From the NCBI GenBank assembly GCA_964593155.1, contig CAZQHE010000005.1, positions 1 to 58,367 of the forward strand: a stretch of DNA of 58,367 bases. The letters are read 5' to 3'. Position numbers and translations under genes: made by a program. Of the stretch, positions 36,401 through 44,722 are shown piece by piece. The stretch is from an uncultured bacterium (GTDB lineage: Bacteria; Krumholzibacteriota; Krumholzibacteriia; JAJRXK01). Within the stretch, counting starts at the first letter, position 1, and each line of letters starts with the position of its first letter. A model generated the notes under the pieces. That model did no database searches. It saw nothing but the letters and a program-made list of their open reading frames with translations, and was not told where the DNA came from.

Positions 36401-36772
36401 ATGAGCGACTACCACGAGCCGTGGGAAGCTCTTCCCGAGGACGCGCGCGACATCCATCGCGCGTTGGTCAGTCTGAAGGAGGAGATCGAAGCCGTGGACT
36501 GGTACCACCAGCGTGTGGTCCTGGCCACCGACCCCGGCCTGCGCGACATCCTCGCGCACAACCGCGACGAGGAGATGGAGCACGCCTGCATGACCCTCGA
36601 ATGGTTGCGGCGCAAGGTGCCCGCGTGGCACGAGTACCTGAAGACCTACCTCTTCACCGAGGCCCCGATCACCGAGATCGAGGACGAAAATCATCACGGC
36701 GGCGCCGGGGAGTCCTCCGGTGGCGACGACGGCACCGGGCTGGGCATCGGCAAGCCCGAAGGAGGTCGTTGA
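36401..36772 (+). CDS. encapsulated ferritin-like protein (EncFtn) cargo with C-terminal encapsulin targeting peptide
   Basis: Start MSDYHEPWE preceded by GGAGG. EncFtn core (AVDWYHQRV...AHNRDEEMEHACMTLEWLRRK). Gly-rich linker and C-terminal DGTGLGIGKPEGGR resembling the family-1 LGI(G/R)K targeting motif. Confidence 0.75.
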   Translation: MSDYHEPWEALPEDARDIHRALVSLKEEIEAVDWYHQRVVLATDPGLRDILAHNRDEEMEHACMTLEWLRRKVPAWHEYLKTYLFTEAPITEIEDENHHGGAGESSGGDDGTGLGIGKPEGGR

Positions 36773-36773
36773 C

Positions 36774-37571
36774 ATGAGTCTGCTCCGACGTCACGTGGCG
36801 CCGCTCGCGCCCGAAGCCTGGGAAGAGATCGAGGACGCCGTCCGCGACGTGCTCATGCCCTGCCTCATCGGTCGGCGCGTTGTCGACCTCGACGGTCCAC
36901 ACGGGCTGGACAAGGCCGCCGTCGGTCTGGGGCGCCTCGAGGTCCCGAAGAAGGGCAACGACGGCCCGGTGGGCTTCGGCGTACACCGCGTGCAGCCACT
37001 GGTCGAAGCGCGTGCAGTATTCGAACTGGGGCTGTGGGAGCTCGACAACCTGGCCCGCGGCGCGAAGGACGTCGACCTCGGCCCGGCCGAGCAGGCCGCT
37101 CGCGACCTCGCGTCGTTCGAGGACGGGGCGATCTTCAACGGGTTCGAGGCCGGCGGCATCACCGGGCTCACCCAGCTCGACGAGCACGACCCGATCAAGC
37201 TCGACCTGCAGATCGACGCCTTCGCCGGTGCCGTGGGCAGTGCCGTGCTCGCGCTCAGGGACCAGGCGATCGCCGGTCCGTACACGCTGGTGCTCGGCCC
37301 CGAGGCCTCGCGTTGGCTGGACTCCCAGTCCTGTGGCTATCCGCTGCGCCGGCAGATCGCGGGGATCTTCGAGGGGGACATCCTCTACAGCCCCGTGATC
37401 AAGGGCGGCCTGCTGGTCAGTCAGCGCGGCGGCGATTTCGAACTCACCCTGGGCCAGGACGTCGCGGTGGGCTACGAGGCCCACCCGAACGGCACGGCCC
37501 GGCTGTTCCTGACCGAGTCGTTCACCTTCCGGATCATCGAGCCCGCGGCGGTGGTGGTGTTGAAGCTCTAG
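36774..37571 (+). CDS. family 1 encapsulin shell protein (linocin-M18-like, HK97 fold)
   Basis: Start MSLLRRHVAPLAPEAWEEIEDAVRD, 1 nt after the EncFtn stop, with GGAGG upstream. Colinear with the T. maritima encapsulin (WELDNLARG, GPYTLVLGPE, RGGDFELTLGQDVAVGYE, FTFRIIEPAAVVVLK). Confidence 0.85.
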   Translation: MSLLRRHVAPLAPEAWEEIEDAVRDVLMPCLIGRRVVDLDGPHGLDKAAVGLGRLEVPKKGNDGPVGFGVHRVQPLVEARAVFELGLWELDNLARGAKDVDLGPAEQAARDLASFEDGAIFNGFEAGGITGLTQLDEHDPIKLDLQIDAFAGAVGSAVLALRDQAIAGPYTLVLGPEASRWLDSQSCGYPLRRQIAGIFEGDILYSPVIKGGLLVSQRGGDFELTLGQDVAVGYEAHPNGTARLFLTESFTFRIIEPAAVVVLKL

Positions 37572-37584
37572 GGACCCGGCCAGG

Positions 37585-37625
37585 AACGATGATCCGATCG
37601 GACGGGGGTGGGCCGGTGGCTCGCC
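37585..37625. terminator. GC-rich hairpin between convergent genes (possible bidirectional terminator)
   Basis: ACGGGGG...CCCCCGT stem of about 7 bp in the 70-nt gap between the encapsulin gene and the convergent PCMT-esterase gene. No U-tract. Confidence 0.3.
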
Positions 37626-37640
37626 CCCGTTCGTGTGCCG

Positions 37641-39653
37641 TCACAACCCGAAGGGGTAGGTCTCCGGGACTCCCTCCAGATCCCCCGTCTCCAGACCTCG
37701 CACCGCCGCCGTCTCGTCGAACCACACGTACTCGTCGAACTGCACGGGCAGCGAGGCCTGGAAGTAGTGGCTGAGCAGCTCCGACTCGGGCCGGTAGATC
37801 ACGCCGATCGCGCGCTGGAGGCGGGCGTGTCGCAGATGGTCCCGGAGTTCCGACCGCTTCGGATCGCGCAGGTGCAACAGGAAGGCCTCGACCGACGACT
37901 CGTGGCAGAGCCGCTCGTAGCTGTCCTCGTGCGAGGGGCGCACGTCCATGATTTCCATCGGTGCGTCCCAGTTCTGCGCCGCGGCGACCTGCCCGTGGTG
38001 GGTGCCGAATCCGATGGCGTACGCACGCTCGCCGAAATGCTCGCGGCAGAGCTGACCGATGTTCAGTTCGCCCCGGGCACTCATCTCCGTCGCGCGGGCA
38101 TCGCCGACGTGGGAGTTGTGCGCCCAGACCACGGCGCGGGTGTCGGGGCCGCGGTGGTCGAGTGCTGCGAGCAGCGTGTCGAACATGTGCTGGTCGCGCA
38201 GGTTCCACGACTCGCGGCTGCCGTAGTACATGGTCCGGTAGTAGCGCTCGGCGTCGCGGACCACGGTGGCGTTGCGCTCGGCGTCGAAGAACTCGTCTCC
38301 GTCCAGCTCGAGGTACTCGATGCGTTGCTGCAGGAGCTCGCGGAGGGTCTCGATCGCGTCGTTCTCGCAGGACTCCATCCGCCCGGAGATGGCGGCCCGG
38401 CCGTAGGTCGCGGGATCCATCTCCCACGGCGAGAAGCAGGAGTAGCGGACACGGGCGGCCTTGGCGGCCTCGGGGTCGACGCGCTCGAGGTACGCGAGGA
38501 CGGCGCCGATCGAGTTGTTCAGGCTGTAGAGATCGAGCCCGTGCAGCGAGACCTTCCGATCGTGCGGGCGTTCGCGATTGAAGTCGACGAGCCAGTCGAC
38601 GAAGTCACGTGTCTCGGAGTTGCGCCACATCCACGAGGGGAAACGGGAGAAGGGCGGCACGCGAAGACGATTGGGACTCCGCCCCCGTACGTAGCCGTCG
38701 AGGGCACGGGTATCGGGCCAATCGGCTTCGAGGGCCACCAGGTCGCACTTGCCGGCGCGGATCAGTTCCTGCGTGATCCGCGCGCGCATGCGGTAGAAAT
38801 CGCTTGTCCCGTGGCTCGCCTCGCCGATCAGCACGACCCGGGCGTCGCCCACGCGATCGACCAGAGCGTCCACGGCGGTGTCGTCGATGCTCGCGAGGGG
38901 TTCGGCCTCCTCGCCGATCAACGTCGCCAGAGCGCGGCGTTCGGGCGGGGCCACGATCGTCGGTTCGGGACGGTGGGGTGGGACCGCGGGCGTTCCGTCG
39001 GCGGCCCATCCCTCGGTTCCCACCAGGGGTACGAACTGCACCGCACCCAGGGACTCGTGCTCGTAGTCGTGCTCACCGGTGCGTGTCACCAGCAGCAGCT
39101 CCTGCGATCGGAGATCGCGGCCCACGGGGACGACCAGGCGGCCGCCCACGGCGAGCTGACGCCGCAGGCTCTCGGGGATGTCGGGGCCTCCGGCGGAAAC
39201 CAGGATCGCGTCGTAGGGTGCGTGTTCGGCCCAGCCCTGCGTTCCGTCGGCGCACCGGACGTGCACGTTCTCGTAGCCGAGTTCCCGTAATCGGTTCGCA
39301 GCGGAGTCGGCGAGACTCCGATGGACCTCCACCGCGTAGACCTCGGGTGTGATCCGGCTCAGGACGGCGGCCGCGTAGCCAGACCCGGCGCCGACCTCCA
39401 GGACCCGCTCGTTCCCCTGCAGGTCGAGGGCGTTGATCATGAGCGCCACGATGAAGGGCTGCGAGATCGTCTGCCCTTCCTCGATCGGCAGCGGGGCGTC
39501 CTCGAACGCGAATTCGGCCATCTCCTCGCCGACGAAGCATTCGCGCGGAACCGTGCGCATGGCCTGGATGATCCGGGGGTCGGTCACCCCTCGTGGCTCG
39601 ATCTGCTGAGCCACCATCCGGTGCCGCTGTTCGACGAAGGTGGAATCCTTCAT
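37641..39653 (-). CDS. fusion protein: protein-L-isoaspartate O-methyltransferase (PCMT) domain plus erythromycin-esterase-like (EreA/ChaN-type) domain
   Basis: Start MKDSTFVEQRHRM. PCMT motifs (RVLEVGAGSGYAAAVL, SQPFIVALM, APYDAILVSAG). The erythromycin-esterase-like half follows (RVVLIGEASHGTSDFY...VWAHNSHVGD). The N-terminal 129 codons of the tool ORF belong to a degraded upstream gene. Confidence 0.75.
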   Translation of the reverse strand: MKDSTFVEQRHRMVAQQIEPRGVTDPRIIQAMRTVPRECFVGEEMAEFAFEDAPLPIEEGQTISQPFIVALMINALDLQGNERVLEVGAGSGYAAAVLSRITPEVYAVEVHRSLADSAANRLRELGYENVHVRCADGTQGWAEHAPYDAILVSAGGPDIPESLRRQLAVGGRLVVPVGRDLRSQELLLVTRTGEHDYEHESLGAVQFVPLVGTEGWAADGTPAVPPHRPEPTIVAPPERRALATLIGEEAEPLASIDDTAVDALVDRVGDARVVLIGEASHGTSDFYRMRARITQELIRAGKCDLVALEADWPDTRALDGYVRGRSPNRLRVPPFSRFPSWMWRNSETRDFVDWLVDFNRERPHDRKVSLHGLDLYSLNNSIGAVLAYLERVDPEAAKAARVRYSCFSPWEMDPATYGRAAISGRMESCENDAIETLRELLQQRIEYLELDGDEFFDAERNATVVRDAERYYRTMYYGSRESWNLRDQHMFDTLLAALDHRGPDTRAVVWAHNSHVGDARATEMSARGELNIGQLCREHFGERAYAIGFGTHHGQVAAAQNWDAPMEIMDVRPSHEDSYERLCHESSVEAFLLHLRDPKRSELRDHLRHARLQRAIGVIYRPESELLSHYFQASLPVQFDEYVWFDETAAVRGLETGDLEGVPETYPFGL

Positions 39654-39904
39654 GGCGTTCTCTCCTCGCGTGTGCACGGAGGGAGGGTCGCTTCCGGCCG
39701 GATCGGATCCCATCGGTCCCGCGAACGACGCCGGCCTGCGACGACGCACTGGATCCCGATGGGGGATCGCCCCACCCGGACGATCACCGGCCCCAAACGA
39801 CCAGAGAAATGGCCAGGGCGGCCAGCCCTCCCCCAACAGCAGGCGGTGGTTGCGGTACCAGGCCACGCCGCGGAGCCGCTCGGTCTCCTCGCGCCACAGC
39901 CGCG

Positions 39905-40224
39905 CCTGCTGCAGGTAGAGCGGCAGCAGGAACCACACGAAGAAGATCAGGATCAGCGCCGGAAGCCACTCGTAGTGGAACACGGCGATGCCGTCGTGGT
40001 ACCCGCTGCCCGGCAGCCCGACGAAGGTGCTGCCGCTCATGTTGGAGACGTAGAACGACAGACCGATGATCGGCCAGCGCAGGTTGCGTCCGGCGAGGAA
40101 GTATTCCTCGGAGCCACCCGCGGGGGGTCTCTCGTGCGAAGTACCAGCCGAAGAGGACGCGTGTCCCGATCACGTGGACCAGCAGGACCACGAGATCGAC
40201 CGTACGCACTTCGAGTGCCGGCAT
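39905..40224 (-). pseudogene. remnant of a sodium:solute symporter (SSF) gene: N-terminal about 105 codons, frameshifted and truncated
   Basis: Frame A reads MPALEVRTVDLVVLLVHVIGTRVLFGWYFARETP. Frame B reads GSEEYFLAGRNLRWPIIGLSFYVSNMSGSTFVGLPGSGYHDGIAVFHYEWLPALILIFFVWFLLPLYL. Together they form a canonical SSF N-terminus. The switch falls in a C6/G6 homopolymer around 40115-40130. Similarity stops after about 105 residues. Confidence 0.6.
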
Positions 40225-40333
40225 CGCACCCCCCGTCGGTGTCGGCGACGACCGGCCTGCCGCCGCTCCGCCCGCACCTTGTCGTGGGGAGAGCGGCGGC
40301 GCCCATGGGGAGATCCCGAAGATCGAGTCTGGG

Positions 40334-41380
40334 CTACTCGGTGGGCTTCAGGTAGCGGCCGAGGAACTCGTAGACTTCGCGCCGGGATTCGCGTGCGCGA
40401 ACGCTGTCGACGCGGTTCATGGAATGACCGCCCGGGAAGTCCTCGTAGATCTCGTACTCGAAGTCCTTGTCGTGGGCCTTCAGGGCATTGATCAGATGTT
40501 CGACCTCGAGCACGTGCACGTCACGATCGTTGGTCGTGGTGTGGATCAGCAGCGGTGTCTGCAGCTTGTGCGCATTCCATGCCGGCGAGCGCTCGCGATA
40601 CTCCTCGACGTTCTCGTAGGCGGTTTCGCCGATGTGGTAGTCGACGGAGTAGAGATCGCGGTAGCCCTGGGTCTGATAGCCCATGCGTGCGACGAGATCG
40701 CTCACGGGGACACCGGCGTAGGCCACGTCGAATTTCTCGGGGTGGTCGAACACGCTCATCAGCGCGATCAGACCACCATGACTCCACCCCAGGATGCCCA
40801 CGTGTTCGGGGTCGACCCCGTCGACGGCTTCCACGGCCCAGTCGCGAGCGGCGACCACGTCCTCGATCTCGAGTCCGCCGTAGTCGATCGCCTCGTAGGT
40901 CGACCGTCCGTAGCCGGTCGATCCACGGTACTCCGGTGCGATCACCACGTAACCCTCGGCCATCAGCTCGCGCACGATGTGCGTGTAGTAGGTGTTGAAG
41001 TCGCCGTGAACGCCGCCGTGAGGGAAGACCATCAGGGGGAGGTCGCCGGTCCGGTCACGGGGCGTGAAGACGTAGCACCAGATCTTGATCGGGTGCCGTT
41101 CGTTCTCGATCCCGTAGGTCTTCTCGTCACGGGGATTCGGCACGGTGGGAATGTAGACCTTGTCGATCTCGGCCACGTCGCCGACGCGCTCGAACCACAG
41201 GACGTCGTCGACCTTCTTCTGCAGGCGATCGATCGCGAAGTCCTGGTTCTCGAGGTGCTTCTCGAGGGCGTCGAGCTTCTCGAGCAGCTCGGCCCGGCTG
41301 GGGCCGTCGCCCTGTGCGAGAACGATCGAAGGGCAGACGATCGGCAGGAGTACCAGGAGCGCGAGGATGCGGTACGGCAT
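40334..41380 (-). CDS. secreted S9-family (prolyl oligopeptidase/dienelactone hydrolase-like) alpha/beta hydrolase
   Basis: Start MPYRILALLVLLPIVCPSIVLAQG (signal). Nucleophile elbow GWSHGG. Candidate triad Asp/His near the C-terminus (TNDRDVHV..., GGHS). Confidence 0.75.
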   Translation of the reverse strand: MPYRILALLVLLPIVCPSIVLAQGDGPSRAELLEKLDALEKHLENQDFAIDRLQKKVDDVLWFERVGDVAEIDKVYIPTVPNPRDEKTYGIENERHPIKIWCYVFTPRDRTGDLPLMVFPHGGVHGDFNTYYTHIVRELMAEGYVVIAPEYRGSTGYGRSTYEAIDYGGLEIEDVVAARDWAVEAVDGVDPEHVGILGWSHGGLIALMSVFDHPEKFDVAYAGVPVSDLVARMGYQTQGYRDLYSVDYHIGETAYENVEEYRERSPAWNAHKLQTPLLIHTTTNDRDVHVLEVEHLINALKAHDKDFEYEIYEDFPGGHSMNRVDSVRARESRREVYEFLGRYLKPTE

Positions 41381-41581
41381 GGAGGGTCCTCCGGAAACGG
41401 ACGAAAGGATCGGTGTTCCTCGACCATAGATCCGGGCCAGCGGCGCGTCCACCGGTCGGCCCCGGCCTCGGTGCCCCGCGCTGACTCCGGTCATGGGTTT
41501 GCGACCGCGCCGTGGATCCTGCACTCTGGAGTACAAACGACGGAATCGTTGTCGGCCCGTCGCACCCGGAGGGGAGAGTCG

Positions 41582-42850
41582 ATGGCTTCGGACGCCCTAC
41601 AGCCTCTCGCGCTCTCGCTCGGACTCGGTCTGCTCGTCGGCCTGCAGCGGGAATGGGTGGGTGGCCACAGCATCGGGATCCGGACCTTCCCGATGATCGC
41701 CGTACTCGGCTGTCTGTGTGGGCTGCTCGCCGAAGTGTGGGGTGGCCTGATCATCGCCGCCGGACTGCTCGTGCTGGGTGCCCTGCTCGCGATCAGCCAT
41801 CTGGTACGCGAGCACCACGGTCTCGGCGGAGCCGCGCACGACGGCACGGTCGGCGAGCCGCCCGGACTGACCACCGAGATCGCGGCCGCGCTGATCTTCG
41901 CGGTGGGAGCAGTGCTCGCAGCCGGACGCACCGAACTTGGACTGGCCGCTGGCGGGGCCGTGGCCGTGCTCCTGCACTGGAAGCGTCCCCTGCACCATTT
42001 CGTCGAGCGTGTGGGACGCACCGACCTCACGGCGATCATCCGTTGGGTCTTGATCGCCCTGGTGATCCTGCCCGTGCTGCCCGACCGCACCTACGGCCCC
42101 TTCGACACCATCAATCCCTTCGAGATCTGGATGATGGTCGTTCTCATCGTGGGGATCAGTGTGGTGAGCTACCTCGCTTCGAAGTTCATCGGTCCGCGCA
42201 AGGGGTCGGTGCTGGGAGGTCTGCTGGGGGGATTGATCTCGAGCACGGCCACGAGCGTCAGCTACGCCCGCCGGGCGCGCGAGTCCACGTCGTCGGCACC
42301 GATCGGGGCCTTCGTCGTGCTCGTCGCATCGACGGTGGTGTTCGTCCGCGTTTCGATCGAGGTCGCCGTGGTCGCCCCGGACGTCCTGCCGCGCGTGCTT
42401 CCACAGTTCGCGGTCATGACGGCGATCATGGCAGCCATCGCCGGCGTGGCCTGGCTCCACGCCCGGTTCAGCGAGCCCGAGACCCCCGAGCCGAAGGATC
42501 CTTCGGAGCTGCGGTCGGCCATGATCTTCGGGGGCCTGTACGCGGTGGTGCTCATTGCCGTAGCGGCCACCGAGAGTCGCTTCGGCGACCGCGGACTCTA
42601 CGTGGTGGCGGCCCTGTCCGGACTCACCGACATGGACGCGATCACGCTGTCGACCGCGAAGATGATCACCGAGGAACGCATCGGGATCGACACCGGCTGG
42701 CGCATGATGGTGATCGGGGCGCTCGCGAACAACGTGTTCAAGGGCGTGGTCGTCGCGGCACTCGGTGGTCTGCCGATCGGACGCCGGGTGAGTGTCGGCT
42801 TCGCGGCGTCCCTGGTCGGCGGAGCTCTGCTGCTGTGGTTGTGGCCCTGA
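41582..42850 (+). CDS. MgtC/SapB-family membrane protein with DUF4010 domain
   Basis: Start MASDALQPLALSLGLGLLVGLQREW (MgtC N-terminal signature). Polytopic membrane protein. Only the last 422 codons of the 808-aa tool ORF are credible. Confidence 0.7.
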   Translation: MASDALQPLALSLGLGLLVGLQREWVGGHSIGIRTFPMIAVLGCLCGLLAEVWGGLIIAAGLLVLGALLAISHLVREHHGLGGAAHDGTVGEPPGLTTEIAAALIFAVGAVLAAGRTELGLAAGGAVAVLLHWKRPLHHFVERVGRTDLTAIIRWVLIALVILPVLPDRTYGPFDTINPFEIWMMVVLIVGISVVSYLASKFIGPRKGSVLGGLLGGLISSTATSVSYARRARESTSSAPIGAFVVLVASTVVFVRVSIEVAVVAPDVLPRVLPQFAVMTAIMAAIAGVAWLHARFSEPETPEPKDPSELRSAMIFGGLYAVVLIAVAATESRFGDRGLYVVAALSGLTDMDAITLSTAKMITEERIGIDTGWRMMVIGALANNVFKGVVVAALGGLPIGRRVSVGFAASLVGGALLLWLWP

Positions 42851-42857
42851 ACTCGGC

Positions 42858-43799
42858 TCACACGCCGGCCGGACGTCGGACGTAGTAGGTGTTCCCTTCG
42901 TGGTCCACGCGGACCAGTCGCCCTTCTTCGATCAGTGCCTCGACCACGTGCCACGGAGCCCCCCGTCGCTCCAGGGTGCTGCGAACCGCGCGTTCCCGCA
43001 TGGGGTGCACGCCGGCGATGGCGAGGATCGCCTCGGCGGGATCGCCGGTCGTCGCGAAGTCGTCGCCCTCGTATCCGATCAGCAGCTCCACGTCACGGAC
43101 TCGCTCCCGGACGATCCGCTCGAAGATCGTCAGGGTCTCCGCATCGGGTCCGTGGATCGCGGATTCGGCTGGCGGGCGCGTGGGGACCGACAGGTACGCG
43201 CGCCGGGGGGCGATGCGCCCCAGGTAGGCGGCCAGTCGACGGGCGTGGTCGGCCGAGTCGTTCACGCCGGCCACGAGCATGGTCTCGGTCACGAGGGTGC
43301 CGCGGAACTCCGTGGCGAAGCGCTGGAGGCCCTCGAGGACGGACTCGAGATCGAGGAGACCATGGGGCCGATTGATCCGGCGCCACGTGACCTCGTCGAC
43401 GGCGTCGACCTTCACCGAGACCCAGTTGGCTCCGGACAGGTCGGCGCGTACGCTCCGACGATCGATCAACGAGCCGTTGGTCATGACCGCGATCGGGATC
43501 CCCGTTCGATGGACGCCCTCGATGGCGGCACCGAGGCCGGCATCGAGGGTCGGCTCACCCTCGGGGAGGAAGGTCAGGGTGTCGACGAGGGCGTGCTGCT
43601 GCTTCAGCTCGACCAGCCGGTCCTCGACCGTGGCGACGATCGCATCGGGTGGGTGGAACTCGCGCCGGTCGGCCACGAGATGCCGCGTACGCCCGACCTG
43701 GCAGTAGATACACGAGTAGCTGCAGGTGCCCGGCGGAATGTGATCGATTCCCAGACTCCGCCCCAGACGACGGGAGGGGACCGGTCCGTAGATCTGCAT
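42858..43799 (-). CDS. radical SAM protein (family not resolved)
   Basis: N-terminal YGPVPSRRLGRSLGI...CSYSCIYCQ (CxxxCxxC). No SPASM-like C-terminal Cys cluster seen. Confidence 0.75.
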   Translation of the reverse strand: MQIYGPVPSRRLGRSLGIDHIPPGTCSYSCIYCQVGRTRHLVADRREFHPPDAIVATVEDRLVELKQQHALVDTLTFLPEGEPTLDAGLGAAIEGVHRTGIPIAVMTNGSLIDRRSVRADLSGANWVSVKVDAVDEVTWRRINRPHGLLDLESVLEGLQRFATEFRGTLVTETMLVAGVNDSADHARRLAAYLGRIAPRRAYLSVPTRPPAESAIHGPDAETLTIFERIVRERVRDVELLIGYEGDDFATTGDPAEAILAIAGVHPMRERAVRSTLERRGAPWHVVEALIEEGRLVRVDHEGNTYYVRRPAGV

Positions 43800-43832
43800 G
43801 GGAACACCTCCCGGTCGGAGTGCGCGTTCGGA

Positions 43833-44150
43833 TCAATCGGTCCAGATCACCAGGATCTCCGCCCCGCGCTCCGAGCGGAAGGGTCCGTGGTCGGAATGGG
43901 CCGGGATCCACTGGTACGAGCCGCGCGCGAGTCGTTCGCCCCCGGTTTCGACCTCGCCGTCGAGCACGTAGTGGTGCTCGGTCATCACGTGCGAGTGACG
44001 ATCCATGTCGAAGCCAGCGGGAAGTCTCAGGATCACCGTGCGGGGTTGTCCGTCGGCACCGCGATGCAGCACCTTCCGTTCGGTACCTCGGGGGTAGGTG
44101 TCGGCACGCTCCCAGGCAACCCGGGTCGTGTCGACGGCCGTGGTCGTCAT
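43833..44150 (-). CDS. cupin-domain protein (about 105 aa)
   Basis: Start MTTTAVDTT. Cupin motifs with His/Glu (RHSHVMTEHHYVLDGE...WIPAHSDHGP). Only the C-terminal third of the tool ORF is credible. Confidence 0.55.
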   Translation of the reverse strand: MTTTAVDTTRVAWERADTYPRGTERKVLHRGADGQPRTVILRLPAGFDMDRHSHVMTEHHYVLDGEVETGGERLARGSYQWIPAHSDHGPFRSERGAEILVIWTD

Positions 44151-44330
44151 CGGTCTCACCCTTTCTCGGCGCGGGTGGGTTCGCCGTCCACGAGAACGTC
44201 CCGGAGACCGACCGCGATTCTCCGACCCGGCCCCCTTGCGACTTCGCTCCGCGCCCTCCAGCCTGGAATCGAGGGCCGGTCGAGCCCGGCCCGTTCGACT
44301 CCATGTTCGTCGAAAACGGAGGAGACGACG

Positions 44331-44681
44331 ATGGCCCAGGTGAACTATCCCGCGAGCTACGAGAAGGTCCAGAAGGACATGGGTGCCTATGGGAAGGTGC
44401 ACCCCGAACTGATGAAGGGCTTCGAGAACCTGCACAAGGCGGCCGCCAGCGACGGGGCGCTCGACGCGCGGACCAAGGAACTGATCGCACTGTCCATTGC
44501 GATCACCGTGCGCTGCGACGGTTGCATCGCCTTCCACGTGCACGACGCCCTCGAAGCAGGGGCCAGCAAGGAAGAGATCGTCGAGGCGATCGGGGTGGCG
44601 ATCATGATGGGAGGCGGTCCATCGGTGGTGTACGGATCGGCTGCGCTCGAGGCCGTCGAGCAGTTCCAGGGACAGGATTGA
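44331..44681 (+). CDS. carboxymuconolactone decarboxylase (CMD/AhpD-like) family protein
   Basis: 116-aa ORF ending the long tool ORF. Contains the AhpD-like CxxC-H motif (RCDGCIAFHVHDA). Confidence 0.75.
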   Translation: MAQVNYPASYEKVQKDMGAYGKVHPELMKGFENLHKAAASDGALDARTKELIALSIAITVRCDGCIAFHVHDALEAGASKEEIVEAIGVAIMMGGGPSVVYGSAALEAVEQFQGQD

Positions 44682-44722
44682 GCGTGGATCGTACCGACGG
44701 AGGCCGGCGGTTCCTCGACCAG

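Noticed and set aside
39654-40040. N-terminal 129-codon extension of the PCMT-fusion ORF (MSGSTFVGLPGSGYHDG...)
   Set aside because: This part is actually the tail of the frameshifted SSF-transporter remnant read in the same frame by chance. The PCMT domain begins at MKDSTFVEQ (39653).
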